A program made the position numbers and the translations under genes. From contig CBDCDZ010000004.1 of the NCBI GenBank assembly GCA_965215565.1, positions 2,944,001 to 3,008,000 of the forward strand: a stretch of 64,000 bases of DNA. Direction: 5' to 3'. Of the stretch, positions 31,009 to 40,670 are shown in pieces (the first letter of the stretch is position 1; each line of letters begins with the position of its first letter). The stretch is from Trueperaceae bacterium (GTDB taxonomy: Bacteria > Deinococcota > Deinococci > Deinococcales > Trueperaceae). Under the pieces are notes generated by a model. The model was given only the letters and a program-made list of their open reading frames with translations, had not been told where the DNA came from and did not search any database.

Positions 31009-31347
31009 ATGCACGCCCCCACGTTCCGCAACTGCTACCATGAGGTGGTGGACGCCAAACACCCTTTATGGACCTACTTTAGAGAGGTCCGCGCCGCCGT
31101 CAACGCCGCCAATCAGGGGCGCGCCTCACAGCCCTACGCGAGCGGTACCTTCATGGTCTGCGCGCTGGCTGACGACATCGAACTCACCATCTCGGACGTG
31201 TCCGAAGAGGACGCGGTCCTCATCGCCTCAGAACTGGAGGCGATGGGCGTCACGTCGGTTGTGCGCGGCAGCGTGATCTGCTCGCACTGCAAGGGGCGCG
31301 TCCCACAACAAGCGTACTGTGTGCAGTGCCGGGAGAAACTAGGGTAG
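31009..31347 (+). CDS. Hypothetical protein with C-terminal zinc ribbon
   Basis: CSHC...CVQC. Confidence 0.65.
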   Translation: MHAPTFRNCYHEVVDAKHPLWTYFREVRAAVNAANQGRASQPYASGTFMVCALADDIELTISDVSEEDAVLIASELEAMGVTSVVRGSVICSHCKGRVPQQAYCVQCREKLG

Positions 31348-31643
31348 TAGCCAGCATTCGGGAGTCAAAAGGCAGTATGAAGATATCTCTGAATGGTAGT
31401 GACTCTACCTGGAATAACGCCAGGGTCAAAGCAAGGGGTTTCAACCCCTTGTCCATCTTGTAGAGACGGCAGAAGAAAAACACGGCAGCGTTCGACTCAG
31501 AACTATCCTCTAAATACCAACTACTGACTGTCATGATTTTGACAAAAAATCCCTCGAGAGTTCTGTATGCCGCACTCGCTGGTGTATAGTCTGATAACAA
31601 TCATAGAAGCTGAAACGCACATCCTAACCTCTAAAGGAGCGCT

Positions 31644-32492
31644 ATGAACCTCGCCATTATCACCGACTCGACGTGCGACTTGCCCGCCGAAAAACTCAAA
31701 GCTTTAGGCGTGGAGCGCGTGCCGCTCTACGTGAACTTTAAGGGAGGGGTCTTTAAAGACTGGCTCGAGATAGGACCTAAGGAGATCGCCGAGGGTGTCG
31801 AAGGGGGCGCGGACATGCCCACGACGAGCCAACCCTCGCCCCAAGACTTCACGGACGCCTATCAGGAGGCTATCCAGAACGGCGCAGATGAGATTCTTTG
31901 TATCACCATCTCGTCTGCGCTGTCCGGGACGTACCAGTCGGCGAACGTCGCCAAGGAGAGCGTGGACGCGAATGTCCACGTCTTCGACTCGCAAGCGGCG
32001 AGCGTCGGCATCGCCATGCTCGTGCAGCGGGCGGTCACGATGCGCGACGAAGGTAGCGGTATGGACGCCATTATGCGCGAGCTTGAACGCATCCGCGAGC
32101 AGAGCCTCTTGCGCTTCACAGTAGGGAGTTTAGACTTTTTGCAGAAGAACGGGCGCATCGGCGGGGCGCAGGCGCTTTTGGGCGGGCTCCTCAAGATCAA
32201 GCCGATTCTAGGACTCGTTGAGGGGCGCGTCGAACCCGTCGGGCGCGTGCGCGGCGAGAAGAAAGCGCGTTCGGAAATCGTCTCACAGACGCAAGAGTAC
32301 GCGAGCAAAGAGGGTGGCACGCCGGTGGTTTACTTTCTGCATATCCAAGACCTGGAGGCGGCGGGTGAGTTGCAAAAGCAGCTAGAGGCGAGCGGGCTCG
32401 AGTTTCGCAACGCGGGCACCCATGAGATCGGCGCGGTCATCGCCTCGCATGTAGGACCGGGGACGTACGGGGTCTATCTCTACACCGAATAA
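31644..32492 (+). CDS. DegV family fatty-acid-binding protein
   Basis: IITDSTCD, TSQPSP, ISSALSGTY, LQKNGRIG, HVGPG. Confidence 0.95.
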   Translation: MNLAIITDSTCDLPAEKLKALGVERVPLYVNFKGGVFKDWLEIGPKEIAEGVEGGADMPTTSQPSPQDFTDAYQEAIQNGADEILCITISSALSGTYQSANVAKESVDANVHVFDSQAASVGIAMLVQRAVTMRDEGSGMDAIMRELERIREQSLLRFTVGSLDFLQKNGRIGGAQALLGGLLKIKPILGLVEGRVEPVGRVRGEKKARSEIVSQTQEYASKEGGTPVVYFLHIQDLEAAGELQKQLEASGLEFRNAGTHEIGAVIASHVGPGTYGVYLYTE

Positions 32493-32495
32493 ATC

Positions 32496-32532
32496 AATGA
32501 AAGAGCGGGCAGTCACTGCCCGCTCTTTCATT
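32496..32532. terminator. Bidirectional intrinsic terminator
   Basis: AATGAAAGAGCGGGCAG...CTGCCCGCTCTTTCATT between convergent genes. Confidence 0.88.
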
Positions 32533-32539
32533 AAACTTT

Positions 32540-33259
32540 TTACGGCTTGAAGACGCTCTTGCCCTCTTTGAGCGTTACGGTGATAGTGCTGCCCGCTAAG
32601 TCGGGGTCACTAGCCGTAGTGACCTCAAAGGTGACCGTCGCTGTATTAGGTGACGCTTCACCCTCGAGCCGGATAATTTCAATCGCTTTTTTCAGTTTTT
32701 CGTCGGTCTCTTTTTTGACGCCTAGCTCGAGCAAGAGCGCTTTTGCCAACACCACACCGCTCGTCTCATCGTAGGTATAGTCGCAGGAGAGGTTTGTAGG
32801 AGCGCAGTCTGCACCTTTATCGAAGATTAAGTTGCCGTCTAGCGTGCTCATCGTCTCTACGGTGCGCTCCGCTCCGCCTTCGCCGCCCTCGTCAGACAGG
32901 GTGAGCGTTACTGTCATGTCTGTTACGGTGAACTCGCTAGGGTATCCCTCGGGACCAAGAGGCTTTGAGACTGTTGCTTTGGGGGCAAAGCCAATCTCTG
33001 ACTTGATGTAATCGCCTCCGAAGCCGTGCATATTAATATCCTGATCGTCAAAGGTAAACGTTGTCCCTTCCGCGCCCTCAGCCTGAACTGCTAAGTTCGC
33101 AGCGGCGTTTTCACTTAGCGCAATGCTGACCTTTTGGTTATCAATGCCGAAAGGGTCATTGATGGTTTGCTCGCCGATGATGTTGGAGATGAGCCCGCAG
33201 CCGCTTAGCGTGGCGGCGACAGTTAAGGCGGTTAAAGGTTGAATGATTTTAGCGTTCAA
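32540..33259 (-). CDS. Hypothetical lipoprotein
   Basis: Lipobox LSG-C; GGAGG precedes the TTG at 33259 (ORF track start 33289). Confidence 0.75.
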   Translation of the reverse strand: MNAKIIQPLTALTVAATLSGCGLISNIIGEQTINDPFGIDNQKVSIALSENAAANLAVQAEGAEGTTFTFDDQDINMHGFGGDYIKSEIGFAPKATVSKPLGPEGYPSEFTVTDMTVTLTLSDEGGEGGAERTVETMSTLDGNLIFDKGADCAPTNLSCDYTYDETSGVVLAKALLLELGVKKETDEKLKKAIEIIRLEGEASPNTATVTFEVTTASDPDLAGSTITVTLKEGKSVFKP

Positions 33260-33423
33260 GGGAGTACCTCCAGAGGACATTTCGCTCACGGTAGCACCCC
33301 CTTTTCATCCCACTTATGAAGTTTTTTAGCCGCTGTGAAGTCTTTCCTAACCGTTAGAGCGCCCTAGCGCCTCGAGCGACATTTGCACCTCTTAGACGCC
33401 CCTGTACTCCTTATGATGGCGAG

Positions 33424-34287
33424 ATGCTAGCCAAGGTCATCTCCGCCGCTGTATTAGGTGTAGACGCATTCGAAGTGCAGATTGAGGTGGACATCTCGGG
33501 CGGTCTGCCCTGCGTGATGGTGGTGGGCCTGCCCGACGCCGCCGTGCAGGAGTCGCGCGAGCGGGTGCGCTCGGCGATTCGCAACGCGGGCTTGCCCTTT
33601 CCGTCCAGCCGAATCGTCATCAACTTAGCTCCAGCCGACGTGCGCAAAGAGGGTCCAGCCTTTGACTTGCCCATCGCGCTCGCCGTTTTAGCGGCGCAAG
33701 GGGTCATCCCGCAGGAGCGTTTAGAGAGCACCGTCATCAGCGGTGAACTCGCGCTAGACGGCGCGATTCGCCCGCTCAAGGGAGCCATCAACATCAGCCT
33801 CTACGCGGCGCAAGCGAGCTTAGAGCGGGCTATCGTCCCGCCCGAAAACGCCGCTGAAGCCGCTGTCGTGAGTGACGTCGAAGTCTACGCGCCTAAAACC
33901 TTGTTAGAAGCCGTCGAGTTTTTTCAGGGGCGGAGCTTGCTCACACCCACCACGCCCAAAGAGGTCAGCAGCAGTGAGCAGCACCTCGACTTATACGATA
34001 TCAAAGGGCAAGCCGCCGCCAAGCGCGCCTTGGAGATTTCAGCGGCGGGCGCGCACAACCTCCTGATGAGTGGTCCGCCGGGCTCGGGCAAGACGATGTT
34101 GGCGCGGCGTCTGCCGGGTATCTTGCCCGCACTAACCAGAGATGAAGCCATCGAGGTCACGCGCATTCACTCGACAGCGGGAACGCTCAAAGAGCGTGGG
34201 CTCTTGACCAACCCCGTCTTTCGCGCGCCGCACCACACGATTTCGGATGCTGGACTTATCGGCGGCGGTGTGAACCACCACAATTAA
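33424..34287 (+). pseudogene. comM: ComM/YifB Mg-chelatase-like AAA+ ATPase, 5' part only, interrupted by an insertion
   Basis: VGLPDAAVQESRERV, NLAPADVRKEG..FDLPIA, GPPGSGKTM, RAPHHTISDAGLIGGG, then VNHHN-stop. The expected PGE.SLAH/LFLDE half is absent from the window. Confidence 0.93.
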
Positions 34288-34338
34288 CGATATTCTTTCA
34301 CTATTCCCGTTACTGCTTCCACAAACTCTGGTACTGAC
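34269..34338 (+). repeat. Putative transposon end: TGT terminus plus three TnsB-site-like repeats
   Basis: CCACAATTAACGATATT (34278), TCACTATTCCCGTTACT (34298), CCACAAACTCTGGTACT (34319); period 20-21 bp. Confidence 0.55.
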
Positions 34339-34355
34339 TGTAGTATACTCCTCAG

Positions 34356-36254
34356 GTGGCAGTACCACCAATTAAGGCGATTAAGGAACTCAATAAGGAT
34401 AACGATTTTTTATGGCGTGCCCTCATGTTTGGCGAGGCGCATCTTAATTCAGGTCGGTCTACCGAGCCGCTCATCGACGTTTTCTTCGCGCCGTTAAAGG
34501 GAGAGCCCGAGCGACCGGATGAGGAAGGTTGTACGAACTATAAAGCCACGAGGTTAGTGCGCATTGGAGTAGGACAGCTCCCTCGTGTTCACGTCGGGTC
34601 CGTGTGGCGCGATGGCTTACTACGACCCCATCGGTCCCATAGATACTCGACGAAGCGCTTTAATGCACTCTCCATCGCACCGTGGACGACCTCTGTCATC
34701 CCCTTCGGTCAGAAACTAGGGCGATGGTGGAACACGTTCCATCTCGTTGCTGAAGACTATAAACAGAGCAAAGACTGGTCCAAACTATCCCAGACCAACT
34801 GCGTCGCCGTGTCGAGTCGGGGATGCGAACATAAGTTGATCATCCCGGTGGTTGAGCTGATCCGGTTTTATCATATCCAGACGAGCCGCCTCGCCGTGAT
34901 TGTCTTCACGCCCAATATCTATGACCTCAACGACATATGCAACCTGGAAAAAAGCAAGCCCGTCCGCAGGGAGGGTGACTCGGACGCGAACTACATTCAT
35001 ATGGTCCACCTCAGGCAACGGTTTTATAACGCTGACGCCTGGATCATCGCGAGATGGGTGTATTCGGAGTTTGCTAGGCGCAAAGCGCGGCAAATTCACA
35101 CCTCGCTTATGAAAGCCTCGAACGAAGGCCGTCCTACCTTTCCTGAGACTAGCTTTCCCTTCGTAGGTAAAACTGACCTCCGCGTCAGCGGTAGGTGGAT
35201 TAGAGGGGAAGACAGAGTATGGCGCTTTCTGGTCTACCGCATCCTTGAGTGCAGCGGTCCCTGGGAGTTTAGCGACCTCATGGTAGGGCGCGACAACGAC
35301 GGGCGTAGCGACGGGACTCCCGACGACGACAAACCCACAGCTTATCCTGGTGCACAAAAGACACCTCCCAACGAGGTCGACGAAGACGAAGGGGAAATCC
35401 GTAGCGACGAAGACCCCGACGCCAGCGTCGGTGACTTAGAGGTAGAGAGCGTCCTGAACAACTCGAGGTTCACGCCGTTCAAACACAAGGAACTTATCCG
35501 CGCGCCCAAGGAGCCAACGAAATACCGCAGCCGCAAACGTCCGATGCAGCCGGACGACAAACCTAATTGGAGCACAGGACCAGGAACATGGGGCGGAACG
35601 GAAACGAACCCGGTCGTGTTAGGTCCCGGAGGAGACGAAGTTTCTGAGGAGAAAGAAAAGAAAGAGACGGACGTCGAAGAGGGCAACGGTGCCGGTAAAA
35701 GCGAAAGGCAGAGCGTCCCGCCGTTGCCTGTGAGCTTTGAGACTATCGAGGGTGTTCTCAATATGCTAAGCGACAAAGCATACGGCGTTACGTTCAGCTT
35801 CATCGACCCGTATCGGCGCTCAAATCACCTGGACGCGGAAACGCCACAGGGAGAAACGGAGTCTAGTAATACCACCTTTTTCCCGACGGTAGCCGGTGGA
35901 AAAAAGCGCCGCTGGTCTTTCATCAAACGTAACCCAGACGAGATACGCGAAGCGCTTATCGTAAAACTTACGTTGGCAGAAAGGTCTTATTACCTCTTCG
36001 AGATGAGCCGCCGTCCTACAGAGGAAGGAAGGTACACGATGGCGCTTATCCGCAAAGGTGAGGGCGACGTTCTCGGAAGTTATACTCTGGATGCCATTCT
36101 GCAGACGTGCGTGCTAAACAGAGGGGGATGGCTCCAGGACAACGAATTGAGCGAACTGAGCCGACATTACCTGAAACACACCTCTAAGGACTATAAGCAA
36201 TACGCCGATAGGTTTTATAACCTCATGATCGATGAAAGCATGTGGATGGGGTAG
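34356..36254 (+). CDS. tnsE: TnsE-like Tn7 target-selector protein
   Basis: PVVELIRFY resembles the TnsE PQLELARALF motif; L.VSG...FLV..I...SG block; acidic linker; C-terminal domain with the TnsE_C-like pattern (REALIVKL..YYLFE..GGW..LKH..YADR). Recognised by eye. Confidence 0.62.
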   Translation: MAVPPIKAIKELNKDNDFLWRALMFGEAHLNSGRSTEPLIDVFFAPLKGEPERPDEEGCTNYKATRLVRIGVGQLPRVHVGSVWRDGLLRPHRSHRYSTKRFNALSIAPWTTSVIPFGQKLGRWWNTFHLVAEDYKQSKDWSKLSQTNCVAVSSRGCEHKLIIPVVELIRFYHIQTSRLAVIVFTPNIYDLNDICNLEKSKPVRREGDSDANYIHMVHLRQRFYNADAWIIARWVYSEFARRKARQIHTSLMKASNEGRPTFPETSFPFVGKTDLRVSGRWIRGEDRVWRFLVYRILECSGPWEFSDLMVGRDNDGRSDGTPDDDKPTAYPGAQKTPPNEVDEDEGEIRSDEDPDASVGDLEVESVLNNSRFTPFKHKELIRAPKEPTKYRSRKRPMQPDDKPNWSTGPGTWGGTETNPVVLGPGGDEVSEEKEKKETDVEEGNGAGKSERQSVPPLPVSFETIEGVLNMLSDKAYGVTFSFIDPYRRSNHLDAETPQGETESSNTTFFPTVAGGKKRRWSFIKRNPDEIREALIVKLTLAERSYYLFEMSRRPTEEGRYTMALIRKGEGDVLGSYTLDAILQTCVLNRGGWLQDNELSELSRHYLKHTSKDYKQYADRFYNLMIDESMWMG

Positions 36255-36397
36255 CCCCAGACCGTTCGTTTGCTGCGAGATTACTCCGAAAGCTCCTCAG
36301 ACACTGTTAGTGTAGCCCTTGATCGTTCAGTGTGGAAGGGTTGCCCCCTCATATCGCTAACATACTACCCTTTAACTCATTCTCCCGCCAGACGGCT

Positions 36398-37588
36398 TTA
36401 CTCGTTCTCAAACGCAGTCACTTGAGCGTCTTCATCCGAGTCTATAAAGCGATTTGGGGAATCGAATAGAGCGAGATAAGGTGTGAACCGAAATCTTCGA
36501 TGACGTAAGTTCCCAGTAACTTCTTCTAGCACCCCGACTTTGATCAACTCGTTGATGGCTTTGCTAGCTGTGCCGTAGGAACAATCGAGGTAGTCCTGCG
36601 CAATCTGCACACTGATAATAGGCTGTTTGAAAAGTATGTCGAGCAGTCGTGAAGTATTCGCATTATCGCTTAGAACGAGGCGGAAGTCTTCTCTCATATT
36701 GAGTATCGCGCGAGCGGTCTCCGTAGCTTCTTTGCTTACCTCCTTGACTCCTGTGAGGAAGAACTTCAGCCATCCGTGCCAGTCACCGTCGTTACGGATC
36801 GCAGTGAGCCTATCGTAATACTGCGCCCTATGAGCTTTGAGATAATGGCTTAAATAGAGCAGCGGTTTGGCTAATACTTCTCTCTCGCAGAGAAGAAAAG
36901 TGATGAGCAGTCGTCCTACACGACCATTCCCGTCCGCGAAGGGGTGGATAGTTTCGAACTGCGCATGGGCGAGTCCGCATTTGATGAGTAGCGGAAAAGA
37001 GTCTTGACGATGGAGAAACTTCTCGAGATTGTCGAGAGCTTGATGCATTTCGTAGGGTGGAGGTGGAATAAAGTCCGCGCTGGCAAGACCAGCGCCCGGC
37101 GTCCCAATCCAATTTTGTGTTGTCCGGAATTCACCGGGCTGCTTGTTTCTACCCCTGACACCTGAGAGGAGCTTTTCGTGAATCTCTCTGATGAGACGGA
37201 GGCTTAAAGGAAGCTCTTCAAGGCGCTCCAATCCGTAGTTCATCGCGTTGATGTAATTCACGACCTCTTCCACATCCTGCGGATTTTCTGTCCCATCTTC
37301 ATCTACCTCGAAGCGTAGAACGTCTTCTAACGTGCTTTGTGTACCTTCGATCTGCGAACTCAGAACAGCTTCCTGACGCACATACATAGCAACAAACAAG
37401 TTGGGATTTGGCAGCGTCGAGGTTACGCCGTCAAGTCTAGCTAATGCTCTGTCCGCTAGTGAACTGAGTCGACCTATCTCGGAATCCAAATTTATTGCCA
37501 GATCAGGTGGAAGCGGATCAGGTATAAAAGCGGCATATCCAGTTGGTTGTTTCACATATCGCCCGGATTTTGAAATAAGGTTACTCAC
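36398..37588 (-). CDS. Fic family protein (class II, C-terminal wHTH)
   Basis: Fic motif HPFADGNGRVGR; inhibitory motif SSQIEG; AFIPDPLPP N-terminus. Confidence 0.93.
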   Translation of the reverse strand: MSNLISKSGRYVKQPTGYAAFIPDPLPPDLAINLDSEIGRLSSLADRALARLDGVTSTLPNPNLFVAMYVRQEAVLSSQIEGTQSTLEDVLRFEVDEDGTENPQDVEEVVNYINAMNYGLERLEELPLSLRLIREIHEKLLSGVRGRNKQPGEFRTTQNWIGTPGAGLASADFIPPPPYEMHQALDNLEKFLHRQDSFPLLIKCGLAHAQFETIHPFADGNGRVGRLLITFLLCEREVLAKPLLYLSHYLKAHRAQYYDRLTAIRNDGDWHGWLKFFLTGVKEVSKEATETARAILNMREDFRLVLSDNANTSRLLDILFKQPIISVQIAQDYLDCSYGTASKAINELIKVGVLEEVTGNLRHRRFRFTPYLALFDSPNRFIDSDEDAQVTAFENE

Positions 37589-37697
37589 CTTTCCAGTTTA
37601 TCTCAACTTTTTGAAATAAGACATCTTTGACGTTTACCTTATTTCATATTTTCCTTCTTTTGTGAAATAAGTAAGACTTTTATAGGTGCTTATTTCA
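37571..37697. promoter_or_regulatory. Three palindromic sites TGAAATAAG-N17-CTTATTTCA
   Basis: 37571-37605 (right arm TTTATCTCA), 37612-37646, 37663-37697; all have 17-bp spacers. Confidence 0.75.
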
Positions 37698-37770
37698 CGA
37701 CAGTAAAATAATGTTCTGCTTGAATGGTATTTCTAATGATTATTATTATAATCAGTCTTACGATGAGACA

Positions 37771-38022
37771 GTGGGAACTAAGGACCACTTCACTCTCTAC
37801 GAACGAGCGTTCCTGCGGGCAGTAGGCGCACGCATTGAAATGCTCAGGCATCGACGCGGGCTGGGTTTGGAGGACGTCGCTGCCTATACGGTTCATTCAG
37901 CCGAATGGTTAAGCGGGCTCGAGGCAGGTACACAAGAGCCGAGACTCGACGACCTCTTCCAGATCGCCAAAGCTTTGGGCACCAATCCTGGCAGCTTGGT
38001 CAGTGTCGAAGTCAAGCTGTAG
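37771..38022 (+). CDS. XRE-family HTH protein
   Basis: VGARIEMLR..GLGLEDVA...LEAGTQEPRLDDLFQIAKALG. Start uncertain (ORF track 37711). Confidence 0.75.
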   Translation: MGTKDHFTLYERAFLRAVGARIEMLRHRRGLGLEDVAAYTVHSAEWLSGLEAGTQEPRLDDLFQIAKALGTNPGSLVSVEVKL

Positions 38023-38074
38023 AACTCGGTCAGTTCTCATAGAAGGATAGAGCAACCCATGACACGATAGGGGC

Positions 38075-38326
38075 ATGTCGGAACGTGATTACCAACGTCG
38101 TATGGACCCGGAGTATGAGGCTTACCGCCGCAAGGTCGGGCAGAGGATCAAGGAACTGAGGGAGGACATGAATCTCAGCCAGGAGGCGTTCGGGGAAAGG
38201 GCCGGGCTCAACCGTACGCACGTGAGCTACCTGGAGGTTGCCCGGCAGGACCCGTCGCTTTTAACGCTTTTCAAGGTGGCGAAAGTGTTGGGGATGAGTG
38301 TGAGTGAGTTGCTCGAAGTGGACTAG
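38075..38326 (+). CDS. XRE-family HTH protein (controller-protein-like)
   Basis: GQRIKELR...LSQEAFGERAGLNRTHVSYLE...PSLLTLFKVAKVLG. Confidence 0.88.
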   Translation: MSERDYQRRMDPEYEAYRRKVGQRIKELREDMNLSQEAFGERAGLNRTHVSYLEVARQDPSLLTLFKVAKVLGMSVSELLEVD

Positions 38327-38415
38327 CGGCGAAGACGAAAGATTCACTGTCTGTGATTCAGTCGATAGGTAGACTAGGTGCCGCGAAAGATTTTTCAGCA
38401 CCACAGGACTTCGAC

Positions 38416-39228
38416 ATGATCATAGGCAAAGACTCCCCGTTTAGAAGAATTCCCCTCGAGCTTCATCGCAAGCAGAACATGTTCTTTGATGCCATTCGAG
38501 AAACTGTTGTCATAATCGATGTTAATTATCAAAGGCTGAGTAGAAATTTGTTTCACATGTCAGTCGAGCATGACCCAAGCGTACACGGTGGGTATGAGTT
38601 GGGTCTCTACCAAACCTCCACCGCCTTCTCGGACGCCTGGACCGTTATCGACTACACGAATCGCCTCAGAGGGTTGCTGGATAAGTTACCCGTGGCTAAG
38701 ATAAAGCGGTTCCCGCCCAAGCGTGTTTTCCTCGAAGAGACGGCGGACGTTAAACCGCTACGCAACGGTTTCCAACATCTCAACGAGCATATCAGCAAAG
38801 CTCCGGATGTCACGATGCCAGTATTGGGAGAGTTGAGCTGGTTTGCCCTTGCAGATGAAGAGGGTCGCTTCGGCTACTCATGCGTGATGCCCTCAGGTAT
38901 GCTTATTCCTAATCGCGGGTACTATCCGGTCAATCCTGCTGGCGCTACACTGAATGAGCGCGTCAATCTTGTCACGTTGCGGGTGGAAGACAAAGCGGTT
39001 TGTCTCAGCGATACAGTTGTTGCTGTAACTAAGCTCGTGCGGAGCTTCGAGGAACAGCTCGAGCGCCATCTCAACAAGCACTGGAGTAAAGATGAACCGG
39101 GCACATCCTTCGGCACGAATGTCATGGCGGGGATTCCTTTTGCTCGCGTAGATGAATCATGGCTTTTGCTCTTGCCACCAGAAGAGAAGGAAACTTACTC
39201 ACACTTTCCCTCTATACCCCCCGTGTAG
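38416..39228 (+). CDS. Hypothetical protein with HEPN-like Rx4H motif
   Basis: Helical N-terminal half ending in LRNGFQH. Start uncertain (ORF track 38353). Confidence 0.55.
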   Translation: MIIGKDSPFRRIPLELHRKQNMFFDAIRETVVIIDVNYQRLSRNLFHMSVEHDPSVHGGYELGLYQTSTAFSDAWTVIDYTNRLRGLLDKLPVAKIKRFPPKRVFLEETADVKPLRNGFQHLNEHISKAPDVTMPVLGELSWFALADEEGRFGYSCVMPSGMLIPNRGYYPVNPAGATLNERVNLVTLRVEDKAVCLSDTVVAVTKLVRSFEEQLERHLNKHWSKDEPGTSFGTNVMAGIPFARVDESWLLLLPPEEKETYSHFPSIPPV

Positions 39229-40670
39229 CTGTGACTATCCACCAGTACCCCTGAAGCGTCAAAGAGAGATGCTGTATCCCCACTGTTATTCCACACCGCT
39301 CCACCCGAGTTGGGCACGGTGATGATCTCCTCAGCACTCGCCTGGATACTTGGTAGCGCAAAGCTACGGCCACTTTCGTCCTCAATCGTCCACCCTGAGA
39401 AGTCTACAGACGCTAAAGCTTCAACTTGCACATACTCGTTGCCGTTGTCACTACCTGGCGGGTTGTAATATACGCAGACCACACGGGCTTGCCCGGTCGA
39501 CGGGGGTGGCGAGGACTCTGAAGGCGGCGCGGGTTGCACATCCGGCACGTCCTTCTCCGTCATCGCCTCATAGCTGCCATCGGCGAGGGCTGTGATAGTG
39601 ACCGCCCCATCTCGATCCGTCCGGTAGATGGTCGCCCCTACGCCCCTATAGAGGCTCAGTGCCTGCTCCGTAGGGTGTCCGTAAGGGTTATCTTCTCCAA
39701 CCCCTATTACGACTGTCTCCGGCTCCCAGGTCTGCACGCTCTCCAGGGTATCGCCGTTCTTTGACCCGTGGTGAGACGACTTATAGACCTCTACGCCACG
39801 CAGGTACTCAGGCGTATTCTCCAGCCACCACTCGAACTGCTCTCGCTCGGCGTCCCCTGTCAAGGCCGCTTCGAAGTCGCCGAAGTCGAGCACGACCCCT
39901 ATGCTGTTGCTGTTCCTCCCATAGCTCTCTATCAGCGGGGGCGGGATGATCTCTAGGCTCGCGTCACCTAAGCTGATGGTGCGACGGGTAGGCTCGAGCA
40001 CCTGGCTCTCTGCCTCTTCCACCGCCGCGAGCAGGTCGCGGTACACCCCGGTATCCGTACCCAAGCCGTTGTCCATGTAGAAGCGAGGTTTGTAGGCACG
40101 GATGACCGCGTCTAAGCCACCGATGTGGTCAGCATCGGGGTGGGAAGCGATGACGAGGTCGAGCGTTTTGATACCTAAGGCTTGGAGGTAGGGTAAAGCG
40201 TCGTCGTCCCAGCGCCCGCCGTCGTAGAGTACCGCCTGACCTTCTGTGCCAATCAGCAGGACACTGTCTCCTTGACCGACGTCTAGGAAGTGAATTTGAA
40301 TCTCTCCTACGGCTTCAGGTGCGTCGGGCTCCGGCTCGGTGATGGGATTGTTCTCCGGCGTAAACAGCGCACCAACGCTGAGGTCTTGATTCGCCTCTAG
40401 GGTGCAGCTCGAGCTCACCTGACCTTCACAGGCTCCACTCCAACTATTTATGGTATAGCCCGTATTGGGCACCGCCGTGAGTGTGACTGTGCTGACTTCG
40501 TCTAGCTCGAGCGTACAGCTACTGGGGCAGTCAAGGCTAGACTGAGCGGTGACGCGCCCATTGGCAGGTGGCTCGACGCTCAGCGTGTACGTCTCTGCCT
40601 CGGTCGTGGTGGGCTCTGCGCAGCCACTCAAGAAGAGAGAGCCGACCAGGAGCAACCATAGAGGTCTCAC
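39195..40670 (-). CDS. Lipoprotein: beta-repeat domain + ComEC/Rec2-type metallo-beta-lactamase nuclease + lamin-tail-like domain
   Basis: Lipobox LSG-C; FLDVGQGD, SHPDADHIGG, LTGDAE, HHGS, YGHP, YRTDRDG; C-terminal VWNNSGDTA. Confidence 0.88.
   Translation of the reverse strand: MRPLWLLLVGSLFLSGCAEPTTTEAETYTLSVEPPANGRVTAQSSLDCPSSCTLELDEVSTVTLTAVPNTGYTINSWSGACEGQVSSSCTLEANQDLSVGALFTPENNPITEPEPDAPEAVGEIQIHFLDVGQGDSVLLIGTEGQAVLYDGGRWDDDALPYLQALGIKTLDLVIASHPDADHIGGLDAVIRAYKPRFYMDNGLGTDTGVYRDLLAAVEEAESQVLEPTRRTISLGDASLEIIPPPLIESYGRNSNSIGVVLDFGDFEAALTGDAEREQFEWWLENTPEYLRGVEVYKSSHHGSKNGDTLESVQTWEPETVVIGVGEDNPYGHPTEQALSLYRGVGATIYRTDRDGAVTITALADGSYEAMTEKDVPDVQPAPPSESSPPPSTGQARVVCVYYNPPGSDNGNEYVQVEALASVDFSGWTIEDESGRSFALPSIQASAEEIITVPNSGGAVWNNSGDTASLFDASGVLVDSHSYTGGIEGKCE

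Noticed and set aside
37571..37697. CRISPR mini-array
   Set aside because: The units are 9-bp inverted arms with 17-bp spacers, not ~30-bp direct repeats, and there are no cas genes in the window.
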